Below, in pieces: positions 1 through 12,295 of a stretch of 64,000 nucleotides of DNA (position 1 is its first letter; every line of letters begins with the position of its first letter). The notes beneath the pieces were generated by a model. It was not told where the DNA came from. It worked only from the letters and a program-made list of their open reading frames with translations, and searched no databases. Both the position numbers and the translations under genes were made by a program. This DNA comes from Mayamaea pseudoterrestris (lineage: Eukaryota). The DNA lies in contig BROI01000019.1 in NCBI GenBank assembly GCA_027923505.1, positions 62,001 through 126,000 on the forward strand, in the 5' to 3' direction.

Positions 1-22
1 GAACAAGTCACATGCTGCAGAA

Positions 23-2065
23 GTGACTCGACTTGGTCAAGAACTCGAGCGCATGTTTGCAGCAGTGCACCCGTCATCATTGCATGATCATTCCATGGAC
101 GTGACCACCATTGGAAATTCCGAGGATTCCTTTCGCAACCTTTGTCGCGCCCTGCAGGGGACGATTGAATCGTGCGCCGCGTTGGCCAAGTCATCTTCTG
201 CAGTCGACGCGGCGGCGGCGGAACTACAAGGCGACAACGTGAATGCTCCGCAGCACCAGTATGCGGAGGATGCCAGAGCGTACGTGCAACTGGCGGAGCA
301 AGCTTTATTGGCCTTGGCCAAGTTTCGCTCGGATCGTGCCGAGTTGATTGCCGTGGTTGTAGACCATGAGTCAGCTGCTGCTGCGTCGTCTCATGGCGAT
401 ACTGAAACTGATATTGCTCATTCACAGTCGTCGGCAAACAAGGGTTTTTTCCAAACGTTGGTCAGCTTTATACGTGGTGACAGTGGCAACGAGGTAAATT
501 CCTCTATCAAGGAAAATCCCTTGACGGCGAGACGATTTGCGCATGAGGATGCCAATCTTGGTGTCACGGAGGAACTATTGGGTTTAGTCTTGCGCTCCTT
601 GTATAGTTTAGTGGCAGAGGTGCCCAAGGATGGATTCGTGTTTTCGAACCATGCACACTCTGCGCAAAAGCAGCCACATGATTTGCACCAAGTGGCAGAT
701 CGCATGTGCAACTTGCTGGACGTCATGCCGCCGTCGTGGAAATGTACGAATGGAGAAACGCTGGATTTAGTGCTGGACATGCTCCGTCGGGTGGGGAGCT
801 TGGAGAGTGCTATAAACTCTTCTCAATTATTCCAACAACACTCAAATTTGGAGAACCAGGGTACATTTGCCCTCGTGTTGCAGGCATACTTGGCAGCTTG
901 CTTACAAGAGACGGATGATGAAATCCGGTTTAAGGTAGCCAAGATTGCGCTGACCGTCTTGCACGAGCAGTGGAGTGAATGCTATCCGGAACACCATGTG
1001 CAGCGTGTCTTGCATGCATCCATAATGCTTCATTGTGTCACCGTCGCCGATCGAGTGCGTGCACCTGGCACCGAAACATTCATGCGACAGCAGGGAGAAA
1101 ACCTTATTTTTCGAACTCTGGGCAAAAAGATGCATGCCAAGCTGATGCAAGAGTTGGAGACTACCAGTCCATCGTTAACTTACCTCTCGCTGCCACTGGC
1201 AAACTATCTTGCACAGTTGTATGCACATTCCGATGATCGCGACAAACTTGTCGTTGCCATGAGGACAGTTGGACCCATCCTCTCGCACTATCGCGTCAGA
1301 ATTGGAAAAATGATTGCATTTCCAGTCGTTGAGACAGTTAACGTAGTTCTTCGATCCGTGACACGCCAGTACCAGGGCGTGGCTAAAAAGAAATGGAAGA
1401 ATTTGAAGCCCGATGAGGATGTAAAGTTTGCGATGAAGGTGCTTGACGATATGCTGCGTCATCAGGACAGCACATGCTGGCCGGATGCCGACACTTTTGA
1501 TGTCATCTTTAGTCTTTTGTTGGCGGTGAAACCAGCAGATATTGGATTGCAGGCGGATCATCTACTAGCGAAGATGGAGATTCGTAACATCTTGTCCCCG
1601 TCGATACCAGTTCCTATCACCTTATCCACGTACCATCAGGTTCTGCAGTTTTGGTTGGAGGCGGCCAAGCGTGGGACCGCACCTGATGCATGTGATCGGG
1701 CTTTGGATATTTTGAACAAGCTTGAGCTACAGTCAAACCCGCTTTTGCTGAGCGATATTGAGTCGCGAATGCCTGTGGCGTTGCCATTGTACAACATATT
1801 CCTTCGTCCGACGCGGCATACATACAAGCTTATTCTCGAAATATGTTTGGCGACGAAAGCGGAAGAAAAGCTTGAAGGCGCTTTGCAGATTGCCTCTGAG
1901 GCTTATGCAAGAATGGAAAATAGTGGAATTATGTCGGACAAGAAGAATGCTACACTACTGGCTAAGATCAGGAACCACGGTGTAGCAGATAAAGGAGACG
2001 AGACGACGAATATTTCTAGCGAGACTTTCGACATGCTGAATAATGTAAAGCAGGATGCAATGTAA
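23..2065 (+). CDS. Helical-repeat (PPR-like) protein, probably 5'-truncated by the window edge
   Basis: 680-aa ORF starting at GTG near the window start. C-terminal half has PPR-like motifs (WPDADTFDVIF, ITLSTYHQVL, RPTRHTYKLILEIC). Confidence 0.5.
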   Translation: MTRLGQELERMFAAVHPSSLHDHSMDVTTIGNSEDSFRNLCRALQGTIESCAALAKSSSAVDAAAAELQGDNVNAPQHQYAEDARAYVQLAEQALLALAKFRSDRAELIAVVVDHESAAAASSHGDTETDIAHSQSSANKGFFQTLVSFIRGDSGNEVNSSIKENPLTARRFAHEDANLGVTEELLGLVLRSLYSLVAEVPKDGFVFSNHAHSAQKQPHDLHQVADRMCNLLDVMPPSWKCTNGETLDLVLDMLRRVGSLESAINSSQLFQQHSNLENQGTFALVLQAYLAACLQETDDEIRFKVAKIALTVLHEQWSECYPEHHVQRVLHASIMLHCVTVADRVRAPGTETFMRQQGENLIFRTLGKKMHAKLMQELETTSPSLTYLSLPLANYLAQLYAHSDDRDKLVVAMRTVGPILSHYRVRIGKMIAFPVVETVNVVLRSVTRQYQGVAKKKWKNLKPDEDVKFAMKVLDDMLRHQDSTCWPDADTFDVIFSLLLAVKPADIGLQADHLLAKMEIRNILSPSIPVPITLSTYHQVLQFWLEAAKRGTAPDACDRALDILNKLELQSNPLLLSDIESRMPVALPLYNIFLRPTRHTYKLILEICLATKAEEKLEGALQIASEAYARMENSGIMSDKKNATLLAKIRNHGVADKGDETTNISSETFDMLNNVKQDAM

Positions 2066-2222
2066 ACGTTAATGAACAACTATAGCCGCAAGTCCACGTA
2101 AAAGCCTTCCCAGTGTCAAAGTGCATCGTCATTGTTCGGATTTACAGGTGGAGTGAAAAACATTACTGTCCCATGATGCAGTCATCTCATCTTAAATTTC
2201 GCAGACTATTTAACATGCATAT

Positions 2223-4325
2223 CTATTTTGCCGATCCGCCCCACAGGCTTGTCTTGCCCTCGAATGCGAGTCCAGTTAAAGAGGAGCCGGTGCTCTCCGG
2301 ACTCGTCGATGTCATGCTTGGTTGATGCATCGTTATTGTTGCAACTGGTGGCGGCGGTTCATCGAGCGGATTACCCAAAATATCTACTTCCACATTTTCG
2401 TTCCAAAACCGCAGCCACGGAGGCGCTTCATACATTGGGTTGTGATCCATAGGGTGAGATGGTGGCGAGGACGAGGACGAGCAATTTTCATCCTCCTCCG
2501 TTGGCGTGGTCGACGCTCGCTGGGTTGGAGACGAATTTTGCGGCGGCGACAGCCCGCCTTGTTCCGCTTGACCGTGCAAAGCGGTTTGTTGTGGATCAAT
2601 GTTTTCCGCTGACTGCTGTCTTGATTGTGTTTGTGGCGCTGCTGATGGCGTTTCCCCTTGGAGCCGGGCCGGAGCACTTGGAGGTCGACCCGGCGTCGCC
2701 TTGACACTTTGCGGAGCAGACTTGAACGTTGCATATCGAATAACATTGCCTGGGGTTTCCGCTTTGTTTACCATCTCCTGCTGCCTCGCTCTTTGGTTTG
2801 TCATTTCGTCTCGCTGCTCGTTGATGTCCAGTTCGCGCGGCCGCTTCTTTTCAAACAAAGGAGTTTCGTTATTTTTTACATCACCAACTCTGTAGCGTAA
2901 TTGGTTATCTCTCTCATGAAGTTGTAGCGGAGTTTGTTCTTCAAACGGATCATGATGCTGTTCCGAGTCATGCGTGGATGCTGCGCTTTGACGAAGCATC
3001 GGGGGCGCGTTCTGCAATGGGGAGTTGCGTTTTCTCGTCAGATATGGATTCTCTATTGGCCGACCAAGGGGTGTCTGATGGTCATGCAGATCAAAAGATT
3101 CTTCGTCGATAGGTTGCTGCTGCAACGGCGGCGGCGGAGAATACTCGTAATGTGATTTGGGTTCGGCAATGAAAAATGGATCGTCAGTGACATCATCATC
3201 TCGAGCATCATCCAAAGCCCATGGCAACGGTTCTTCCCGAAACTGCGGCTGCTGCTGCGGACACTGCTGTCTCTGATAACTCATTTCCCGAGGCGGCAGT
3301 GGTGTTTCACGAGATACATTTGTGAAGTCCACTCCATGAAGCATTGTCGGCGCTTGATGCTGGGCGGGAAAGCCATGCCCGTCTAATAAACCTTGAGATG
3401 TCATTGGCGGAGGCGAAAACTGATCTGTTCTTGCCGCAAATTCTCGAGGCTCTGGTTGCTGAAACTCGAACGGATTGGCATCAATGTTGGGCTCGTATGC
3501 ATACGGCGGGTGGGAAGGTGCTTGTTGTTGCTGAAAGTACGACTGATGGTGTTCCGTTGCCTGCTGCTGTATTTGCTGCGGATGGACATCCTCCCGGGCA
3601 TCTGGCCAGACTTGCTCCTGCTCGTTTCCGTACGAACCATCTCGTCGTCGGTCCGTTAGCGCGGATCGTGACTGCCTTTTATTTGCAGGAACTGGACTCC
3701 AACTCTCCTCAAACATACCCGGGTGCGCGTGCGGGCGTTGGTAAGATCCTACACTTGGCAATGGAGCAGCGGTCGCTCTGTCATCTTGTCGCTCGTAGAA
3801 TGTTGATCCATCAAGAACTTGCTGATGATGATGATGATTGGAGCGATCACTAATGGTCGAGACGGAGGTTGGACGGTGCTGCGAATACTGCTGATGAGGT
3901 GACGCAGCTGGTATTGAAGTGTACTGTTGGTGCGGATAAGGTGCGGATGCATATTGCTGCGTTGGCGCGGCCAATAAAGGTTGCATCGGTGGTGCTGCTT
4001 GATGGTGTTGCAACGGCGGGTGATGATGTGCCAAAGGCGGATGGTGTCTCGGCTGCTGCTGCTGCTGCTGCTGCAAAGGCGGATGATGCATTAACGGCTG
4101 CTGCTGCTGCTGCTGCTGCTGCAAAGACGGATGATGCATTAACGGCGGCGGCTGCTGCAAATGTCTCGGAGGAGCCGTGATTGCATAATGCCTTGTCGTT
4201 GCGTCGCGTATCCGTCTCGTCGGCTGATGCTGAAATGGTCCAGGCTGATGAGACGAGAATGCGTAACGTCCGTTTCGTTGCGTCGGGGAAGGCGGACCGC
4301 CAGAGGCAATTCCTCGTCGCAACAT
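2223..4325 (-). CDS. Q/H/P-rich low-complexity hypothetical protein
   Basis: 700-aa ATG-initiated ORF with polyQ and repeated PLMHHPP blocks; no recognisable domain. Confidence 0.6.
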   Translation of the reverse strand: MLRRGIASGGPPSPTQRNGRYAFSSHQPGPFQHQPTRRIRDATTRHYAITAPPRHLQQPPPLMHHPSLQQQQQQQQPLMHHPPLQQQQQQQPRHHPPLAHHHPPLQHHQAAPPMQPLLAAPTQQYASAPYPHQQYTSIPAASPHQQYSQHRPTSVSTISDRSNHHHHQQVLDGSTFYERQDDRATAAPLPSVGSYQRPHAHPGMFEESWSPVPANKRQSRSALTDRRRDGSYGNEQEQVWPDAREDVHPQQIQQQATEHHQSYFQQQQAPSHPPYAYEPNIDANPFEFQQPEPREFAARTDQFSPPPMTSQGLLDGHGFPAQHQAPTMLHGVDFTNVSRETPLPPREMSYQRQQCPQQQPQFREEPLPWALDDARDDDVTDDPFFIAEPKSHYEYSPPPPLQQQPIDEESFDLHDHQTPLGRPIENPYLTRKRNSPLQNAPPMLRQSAASTHDSEQHHDPFEEQTPLQLHERDNQLRYRVGDVKNNETPLFEKKRPRELDINEQRDEMTNQRARQQEMVNKAETPGNVIRYATFKSAPQSVKATPGRPPSAPARLQGETPSAAPQTQSRQQSAENIDPQQTALHGQAEQGGLSPPQNSSPTQRASTTPTEEDENCSSSSSPPSHPMDHNPMYEAPPWLRFWNENVEVDILGNPLDEPPPPVATITMHQPSMTSTSPESTGSSLTGLAFEGKTSLWGGSAK
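4010..4160. repeat. Coding (CTG/CAG)n tracts within imperfect tandem repeats
   Basis: Repeated ggatgatgcattaacggc units separated by (ctg)n runs; encodes QQQQQQQPLMHHP on the minus strand. Confidence 0.8.
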
Positions 4326-4969
4326 GGGATCAGCTGCCGCCGAATATCCGACATTGACTAAAAAGTTTTAGAAGTATGTAATCATTAGGTGAATCATGCA
4401 GATAGCTGTTTTTTGCGACGCATGATGTTGTCGTCTGCCGATCGCTTCGTCGTTTAACGCGACGCAAATTTACGTATCACGTTAATGCCAAACGATGCTG
4501 CAATACCAGCTTTCTCCGTTTTCGTCATACATACATACATACCTCCCTGCGACCGTCCTCCGCGAACAATGCGTCGCTCTTGCCGTCGGTGCGCAAAGGC
4601 TGCCAGCGTCGGATCGAGTGCTGCTGCCGGTCCTTTCGTAGCGCCGAATTGGTTCGATCGGAGGCGGCGTCCTCCTGAGGTTTGCCAGTATGACATGACG
4701 AAAGACAATAGTTGACTCTTGATGAATAATATGGAGCAGTACGTCGGTATCGGGTCGTGGATTGGAAAAAATCTTCCGATGCTGTGATGTTTCGCCATGG
4801 TGTGATGGGCGTGACGCGCGCGAGCAATGCCGCCATTTGTGTGCCGGATCGACATGAACACGTTTCAAAGATCTTTTCCAGGAACCACCGAATTTTCACC
4901 ATGACGGAACGAGAGCATCTTTATGCTTTACAACGTTCACATTCATAGTTTTACATAGTTCTTTAGATC

Positions 4970-7777
4970 ATGGGTAAGAAGAAGAAGCCATCGACGCCTC
5001 AGTCAAAGACTAAAGATGGGAGACTATCAATTGATTCAGATGCACCGTCATCTCAGCCGCAGCATGCAACGCGGCAAGTCCGAGACTTATTATCTGTTCG
5101 ACTCGCTTCCAACGCAATCAAGCAGCGCTCGAACGAAATATATAAACCAACAATATGGATGCACGAGTCTGACATGCTAGCGATTGATGTCTTGGCGGGT
5201 GAATCAGTGATTGTACTGGCATACAAACGCCTCGAAGACGCCTCTGAAACAGCCGATGCAACTGACAGCAATCGCATTGTTGGAGCTGCAATCTGCAAAG
5301 TGGAAGCGTCTAGGTCTGGATTAAAGGATTCATTGTCGCAAGGAAAGGTTCAAATGGGACCGTCCTCCATACTGGAAGTTTTGCTGCCTCAAGACAATCA
5401 ATCTACGCTGGAAGGTGCCAGTTATCAGTCCCCTTCATCTAAAATTCCCTTGACACCTGCCCGCATGACGACTTTATCGCCAATGACCCCTTCATCATCG
5501 TCGTCGCGCTTTTCCTTCAAGACTGGTGGTGGAGGTGATCAGCTGTATTCATCGCCCGTGGCGAGTCCATCGCCTGGCAAACTGACAACCCCAAGCAAAA
5601 AGGTGGCGCCACAGTACCTACTCTATCTTGTACCAGTCGACTCGCAACTTGGGCGCAAACTTCATCAAAAGTTTGTTCGCATTGCCGACTCGATCCAGGT
5701 GCAAGTCTTGGACGAGTCGGTCAAAATAAAGGGTTGCGAAAGTATAGTGAAGCGTCTTGTACTAGCGCACTGCGTTGGACGGCATTTGCAGAAACAGGAG
5801 AAGTTTACCATTTCCTTTCGTGGACGACCACTTTCCTTGCTAGTCGCTGCGTGTGAGCCAGTGGACGATACGAAAGGTTTGGAAGAGTGCATGGAAACGC
5901 TGCAAGTGAATGATGACGAGGAGAAGAATGAAACGAGCCATCATGATTTAGAGATTGCAGAGATTGAACATGCACTTGAGCCTTCAGCGAGGGATAACTG
6001 CTTAATGAAAGTGTCTTACGCTACAACAATATGCTTATCTAGCGAGGCCAACAGTACAGACATTTCAAATAGATCTCTGGAAGCAATTCCAGAGCGTCAT
6101 GTCGCTGGTTTGTCATCGACATTGGACGAAGTCCGATCATTTCTCATGACACATATCGACTACCCGGAACTATTTGAAGGAACGTTGAAGCCTCCAAAGG
6201 GTATTCTCTTACATGGCTCCAGTGGAACGGGAAAGACCAGTCTGGCCAAGCAAATTGCGGTCGAGTTACAATCACATTACATTGTTGAATTTATCAATTG
6301 CGTATCGCTCCAATCCAAGACGTCCATTGTCGGGGAAGCCGAGCGCGAACTGTCCCGACTTTTCCATTTCGGGAGTGGCAAGAATTTGAAACCGAAACTA
6401 CTTATTATGGACGACATTCATCTCATCTGTCCCAAGCGCGGCGGTTACAGTCCAGGGACGGATCGATTGGCAGCAACGTTGTTGTCGCTCGTGGATGGAG
6501 TCGACAGCGGTAAGAGCAAAATAATACTGCTTGCAATCACGACCAACCCATCGTTGCTTGATCCGGCTTTGCGACGACCTGGAAGATTGGATACCGAAGT
6601 GGAAGTTCCATTGCCAGATGAGCCCGCGACTCGAGCAGAGATCTTGCGATTCCAATTGGATCGCATTGGTGCAAACAGTCCTTCATTATCCGATGGGGAA
6701 TGGAGCGATTTGGGCAAGCTTGCAAAAGGCTTTAATGGTGCCGACTGCATGCTTGCCGTGAAGGAAGCGGCACGATTTGCGATCTTGAGACAAGCACCGA
6801 CAATTGCCGACTCCCATCAGCATGCATCTGAGCTTGTCGTGTCTGTTGATGATCTGCGAAGCGGCATTAAAGCTACCAAACCATCTGCTATCAAGTCGAT
6901 CACGGTGGAGATTCCTCAGGTCAAGTGGACCGACATTGGAGGCATGGACGAGGTGAAGCGCCAGCTGCGCGATGCCATTGAGCTTCCATTGACGCACGCG
7001 GATACCTTGTCGCGGCTAGGCGTACCGGCTCCGCGAGGTATTCTTCTGTACGGGCCACCTGGTTGTTCCAAAACACTCATGGCGCGCGCCTTGGCAACTG
7101 AGGGGCAAATGAACTTTTTGGCTGTCAAGGGGCCCGAGCTACTGAGCAAGTGGCTTGGTGAGAGTGAGCGGGCACTTGCCTCCTTGTTCCGTCGCGCGAG
7201 AATGGCGTCGCCATCCTGCATCTTTTTTGACGAGTGCGACAGCATTGCTGTCAAGCGCGGAAGCAGTGACAGTGCCAGTAGCAGCCGCCTCTTGTCACAG
7301 CTGCTGACGGAGTTGGATGGCGTCAACCACACTGCAACGGACGGTAGGAAACAGCGGGTTGTTGTCATTGGAGCGACTAACCGGCCTGACCTTTTGGACC
7401 CTGCCTTGACGCGCCCGGGGCGAATAGATCGAATGATCTATGTTGGAGTACCTGATTATGAAAGTAGACGACAGATTTTTAGTCTGAGTTTGCGTAGCCG
7501 AGCTTGCAGTGATGACATTGATATTGACGCTTTGGCGCACGAAAGTGTTAGCGGCGGATTCTCTGGTGCCGAGGTTGTAGCCATTTGCCGCGACGCGGCG
7601 CTCTTGGCACTGGAGGAAGCAGATGATCTCATGGCAGAGCATTTGCCGGTGTTGGAGATGAAGCATTTGTTGTCTGCTGCCAAAGATACGAAGAAGCAGA
7701 TTACCCCGGAAATGTTGGAGTTTTACACGTCTTTTCGCAGATCCCGAGATACTTTTGGTGTGGAGTCGTTTTCGTGA
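4970..7777 (+). CDS. AFG2: Type II AAA+ ATPase, AFG2/Drg1/SPATA5 family
   Basis: Two AAA modules: Walker A GSSGTGKT and GPPGCSKT (the GCSKT variant is typical of AFG2/SPATA5), Walker B IFFDECD, second region of homology DPALRRPGRLD and DPALTRPGRID. Confidence 0.85.
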   Translation: MGKKKKPSTPQSKTKDGRLSIDSDAPSSQPQHATRQVRDLLSVRLASNAIKQRSNEIYKPTIWMHESDMLAIDVLAGESVIVLAYKRLEDASETADATDSNRIVGAAICKVEASRSGLKDSLSQGKVQMGPSSILEVLLPQDNQSTLEGASYQSPSSKIPLTPARMTTLSPMTPSSSSSRFSFKTGGGGDQLYSSPVASPSPGKLTTPSKKVAPQYLLYLVPVDSQLGRKLHQKFVRIADSIQVQVLDESVKIKGCESIVKRLVLAHCVGRHLQKQEKFTISFRGRPLSLLVAACEPVDDTKGLEECMETLQVNDDEEKNETSHHDLEIAEIEHALEPSARDNCLMKVSYATTICLSSEANSTDISNRSLEAIPERHVAGLSSTLDEVRSFLMTHIDYPELFEGTLKPPKGILLHGSSGTGKTSLAKQIAVELQSHYIVEFINCVSLQSKTSIVGEAERELSRLFHFGSGKNLKPKLLIMDDIHLICPKRGGYSPGTDRLAATLLSLVDGVDSGKSKIILLAITTNPSLLDPALRRPGRLDTEVEVPLPDEPATRAEILRFQLDRIGANSPSLSDGEWSDLGKLAKGFNGADCMLAVKEAARFAILRQAPTIADSHQHASELVVSVDDLRSGIKATKPSAIKSITVEIPQVKWTDIGGMDEVKRQLRDAIELPLTHADTLSRLGVPAPRGILLYGPPGCSKTLMARALATEGQMNFLAVKGPELLSKWLGESERALASLFRRARMASPSCIFFDECDSIAVKRGSSDSASSSRLLSQLLTELDGVNHTATDGRKQRVVVIGATNRPDLLDPALTRPGRIDRMIYVGVPDYESRRQIFSLSLRSRACSDDIDIDALAHESVSGGFSGAEVVAICRDAALLALEEADDLMAEHLPVLEMKHLLSAAKDTKKQITPEMLEFYTSFRRSRDTFGVESFS

Positions 7778-8124
7778 GTTAGATAATCTTTCCAGTCACT
7801 TATCGGCACGAAAAATCGCTTGAGGCTCAGGCAAACAAGCGAGCGAACGCATTAGAGGGCATTGGATGCAACATTCACTAAGTACATATTACAGACAGAG
7901 TGCAATTTAAGTAAGGTATGCATCCACGTGTGGCTTGGCTCACAGTAACTCGTTTTGTACCGTAGATCCGAACGTAATTTGCCCAGCTGCTTTTGATGAT
8001 ATTCGTGTCCGGCAAAATTGTAATTTAGCCTCAAGCCAGCAGCGGTATGCCTTGTATACAGCAGCAAAAGAGCAAGCCTGTTGAGGCAATCTACCCAAAA
8101 ATGCAATACAGTTTTACACCAGTG

Positions 8125-9593
8125 TCACAGTTGACGCTCAAGTGATAGCCATCGCTGACGATTCAGGTCCCGATTGATGGAATAAAGCTCAAACTTAAAT
8201 CGGTCACGCAATTCTGCATTTTTCCAAACGTAGTCAACTCGAAAATTTCCTCCGTTCTGCGCTCTCGTTTCGTTTGTATCAAGCCAGTAGGAACGGACGC
8301 GTTTGGCATTGCCTAATATTCCAGACCAGAAAAAGAACGTGGACAAGCCCGGGCCGATCAACTCCTTTTTGGCACTCATCAAAAAGCAAAAGTCTTGAAC
8401 ACCAGTTTGACCTTGAACAAAGCGAACTTGTAAGCCACGTTGTTCAAGTGCGTCAATGAATTGCTCCTCATGCTTGGATCGCTCAAACCGCGACACAATG
8501 GCCACCTTGTCACCCGCGTTCAAGTGACCAAACAAGTCGCGCGCCGTTTGGTGGGGACCCATTTCTTCGAAACCAAGGCGAACGCCGACGCGCGGCATTT
8601 CCGTCACAAAGTTGCGATGGTGCTATATTTGGTTATTGTGAGAGATTGTTTGTGAGTGCGACAAAAATATCATAATGTACAAGCATGCTTGCCTTTCGCA
8701 GCACTCACAAAGACAGATTCGTCTGGATATGGTGTGAGTGCACAACATGTCTCACGGTCAAACCTTAAAAGGCTTCGAATCTCGTAGTAGAACTCATCGA
8801 CAAACTCCACAAACGTTGGATGACCAACCATGGTTTCCGATAGTAGAAAGGGCAGGCTAATAAAAGGTGAATTGCTGCTGCTGCGATTGATATTGTTGCG
8901 ATTGTTTTGTCGTTCCAATGCTGCAATTTTCGTAAAGTTATCCAAAGTTTCTTGCACTTGGCTCGGATCCGTATTGACTCCTTGAAACAGCTCCATGTAC
9001 TTGCGTGTCACTTGCTGCTCCAGTAGTACATCAAAATCAGGTTGATTGCCGCGCGTAAAGTCGAATCGCCCGAGCGAACTTGAAAAGCAAAGCTTGGCAT
9101 CATCGCGGGCGCGTACCCACTTGCTATGAAGCTGATGACGGAGAATAATGTGATACTTCACATTCGAATCAGTGTTTTGCGCAGCTCTCGTCAGTTTGAG
9201 CCAAAGAACATAGGCGTGCACAAACTTGGCAATATTGTTTCCAAGCTCACCAGAGAGTTGACAGACAATCGATAACGATTCAGTGTCATTCTCGGATCCC
9301 ATCATGGATGACACTTGCTCAAGCATGTTCATCTCAACATACGCATTGTGATCGTCGTCGTCCGCCAGCAATGCGTCATCATGGAGCGTCTCATGCTTGC
9401 GCCGGACGCTTCCAGACCTCCAAACGTCTCCTCCAGTGTGACGACTCAATATATAATTCACAGAAAATGCTAGAATGACAAGAATGATGAGCAATACAAT
9501 CGTAAAAGCAACCTTTTGTAACTTGATCGTGACATGCCGTCGCTGCTTGTGGTGTCGAGTGATTTGCGGCGACGGCGGAAGCTCAATTTCCAT
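8125..9593 (-). CDS. Type II membrane GT11-like glycosyltransferase (alpha-1,2-fucosyltransferase-like), 2 exons
   Basis: Exons 9593-8709 and 8622-8125; GT-AG intron 8708-8623 joins VF|HHRNF in frame. N-terminal TM helix, GELGNN motif and DFCFLMSA..STFFFWSGIL motif resemble GT11. Confidence 0.6.
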
Positions 9594-9868
9594 CTATCTT
9601 TCAATCAAGCAGCTCCGTCATCAAGCTGATTCATAATATATTGAAAATATGAAAGGGTCGGCCGCAAGCGTCAAAAGTTGCCTCATGATGTGAGATGGAA
9701 ATGTGCCGTGAAGTTGAGCCGATTCTATCAGTGTCGCATACGACACGTTGTGACGTCACGTGCTCTGCAGCGCCGCCCGCACGTTTGTCCGAACGACTCT
9801 GTCGACCAAATCCGTTTCCTCATTCATCACAATCATCGTCTCTCCAGGCATAGTGTCCATCTACAGAT

Positions 9869-10691
9869 ATGGACCTATCACAGCTCATGGACGACCTGAA
9901 GAAGCCTGATTATCCAGAGAGTTTAGACGAGCCGCTGAAATCGTACTTGCAAACGGCGCTGGCGGCAAACGTTGCAGCAGCTGCCGACGAGTTGGAACTC
10001 GCACTACGTAAACATGCCGTCAATCTTTGCAGTAGCGGCACCACGTTGGCAAAATCTGCATTGGAACAGCTTGGACTATTTTGGCACCATTCACTCCATG
10101 TTTGCTTTCATGTGTCAGCGTTGGAAGATTCCAATGAAACGTACAAGTCGCTGCATGCTCGCAGAGCACCCTTTTTCATGCTGGAGGATGTGATTGATTC
10201 TCTCACTACCGCGGACGCGAAGGAACTTTGGGAGCAATACGTTGAATGCATGTTTCCAATCTTGTTTTCAGACTGCATTTGGAAGCCAGCTGGATCAAGT
10301 AGACCATGTTGGTTGCCATGTCTCAAGCTGTGCAATAGATTCATTCAGCGATTGGATTCAGTGTGGGCGGCCCGCATCATGATGACGCTGGCCCAAATCT
10401 TTCCACTCTCGGAAAAGTCGGCGAGTATGAAATGGGGAAGTCGAAACACCGAGACGGTTGCCATGTTTGAAACGGAGAAAGAGTTTGGCGAAGAAGCGAG
10501 TGTCGCGTTGCAAACACCACAAGCAGCAGCACCTCCAATATCAACCTACAGCTTTTACAAAACCTTTTGGAGCCTGCAGCAAGACTTTGCGTCATCATCC
10601 ATACAGGATTTGGCAAGCTTTCTGTCGCGACTAAAGACTGTCATGAATGTTCTTGAAACAATGCGACCAGATCAAGACGCAATAACAAGTT

Positions 10692-10722
<31 letters not shown>

Positions 10723-12148
10723 TACATCTATACTGGCCAACAAATATTTGATCAGTAGTCGCTTGCTTCCCATTCAGCTGGTGGATTCGCAGTTTCGTAC
10801 ATGCATACTGTCGCAGTTTCTCATTGTGGCGCACAATCTGGCACTGGAGGCTCCCAGCGTTGGCGCGCAACTGGAAAGTTTGCAGCAGCGCGCAAAAGGT
10901 TTACTGCCGGCAGACTTTTTAAGCATGCTGGAGTGCACGTTGCATACTTCCGAAATGCAGTGGCGTCAGTGGAAGAAGGACAAGTGTCCCGATCTCGAGA
11001 CGAACGTCAAGGCATTCATGGAAGCTTCTGGTGCTGTCAAGACGCGCAAGCGGCGTTTTGGGGATATGAATGGAAACGCCACATCCAACGAGTCTGTTTA
11101 CACTCGCATTGATCTTTGCAAGGACCTTCCTCAAATATGTCGCAACATGAAGCAGCTCGTTCCATCAGTCGATGACCATTTGGAGGAATATATGGAGGCT
11201 CTCGACCCTGACTCTGGAATCGAGGCCGAGTATCATCCCAAGAACAATGAGTTTTTCAACTGGCAGGCCTTACGACTCATGTCAATGAAATATCTTGCCG
11301 ATTTTGATAAAATACAACCCAATGGCGACTACGAACCATTGGTGCGTCACATATGGCAGCGCGACAAGAAAGTTACTGTTCCTGGAAGTGCACCCGAATA
11401 TATCGAGCATGAAGAGGTAGAGGAGGAACTTGACGAAGATCAGCCGCCGCAGGAGATGACTGGTGAAATGGATGTATCCATGGCTGACGATCCCACGGGA
11501 GAGCCTACTGGCAGTTTGCTTAAGGAGGACGCATCGGAGCAAGGTAGCCAGGCAGAACCGGACGCGCCAGGAAATGAGGATGTCGAAATGAATGGCGCTG
11601 CTGAGGATGTCGAAGACGCAGAGCTGGCAGCCTTAGTCAAGAAAGAGAGTTTGGTCACAGATGAGCAACCTTTGAACGAAAGTACGATGACAGAAGAAGT
11701 GAAGATTGCTTCGGAATCGTCGCAAGAAAAGCATGAGCATAGTACGAAGATAGAAAAGGTAAAAATTGCTTCGGAATCGTCGCAAGAAAGGCACGAGCGC
11801 GATGATTCTCAATCTACCGTAAAGCCGTCCGCAGTGGAGAGCGTTTCATTAAATCGCGATACAGGGCGAGACACTCAACGAAAGCCCACGCCTTCTTACC
11901 ATAATCATGAACGTAGCAGGGGCGATGTCCCAAGCCAAGGTAGTAGACGCAGTAGTAGCGCGGACAATCGTCGACCTGAGAATCACGAGCGAGGGCCACC
12001 TGGAGGAGGTAGATATGACGAAGCTCGGCGACCTTTGGAACGCCGATGGGAGCCAGCAGGACGGCGAGATGAACGCGGTGGACCGCGTCGAGATGATCGG
12101 GGACCAGGACCTAGTGGTGGTCGGGGGCCCCAGCGCGGGCGTCGCTAA
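9869..12148 (+). CDS. THOC1: THO complex subunit 1 (THOC1/Hpr1)
   Basis: RIMMTLAQIFPLSEKSA, FYKTFWSLQ, KYLISSRLLPIQLVD and WRQWKKDKC match THOC1 motifs; acidic then RG-rich C-terminal tail. Confidence 0.85.
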
Positions 12149-12295
12149 TTACTATACACACGATTGATCGAATGAGGTGATAAAGGTTGTGTTAGGCTGT
12201 GCTCCGTGCGAATCATTCTCTTAGATTGATGCTATGCAATACCTCTCTGTATGGCACATGATCTGACAGACATGGTGGGATCGTAGCATGTTTGT

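Noticed and set aside
11699..11800. 60-bp-period duplication in THOC1 (VKIASESSQE.HE twice)
   Set aside because: Ordinary small in-frame duplication in a disordered tail.
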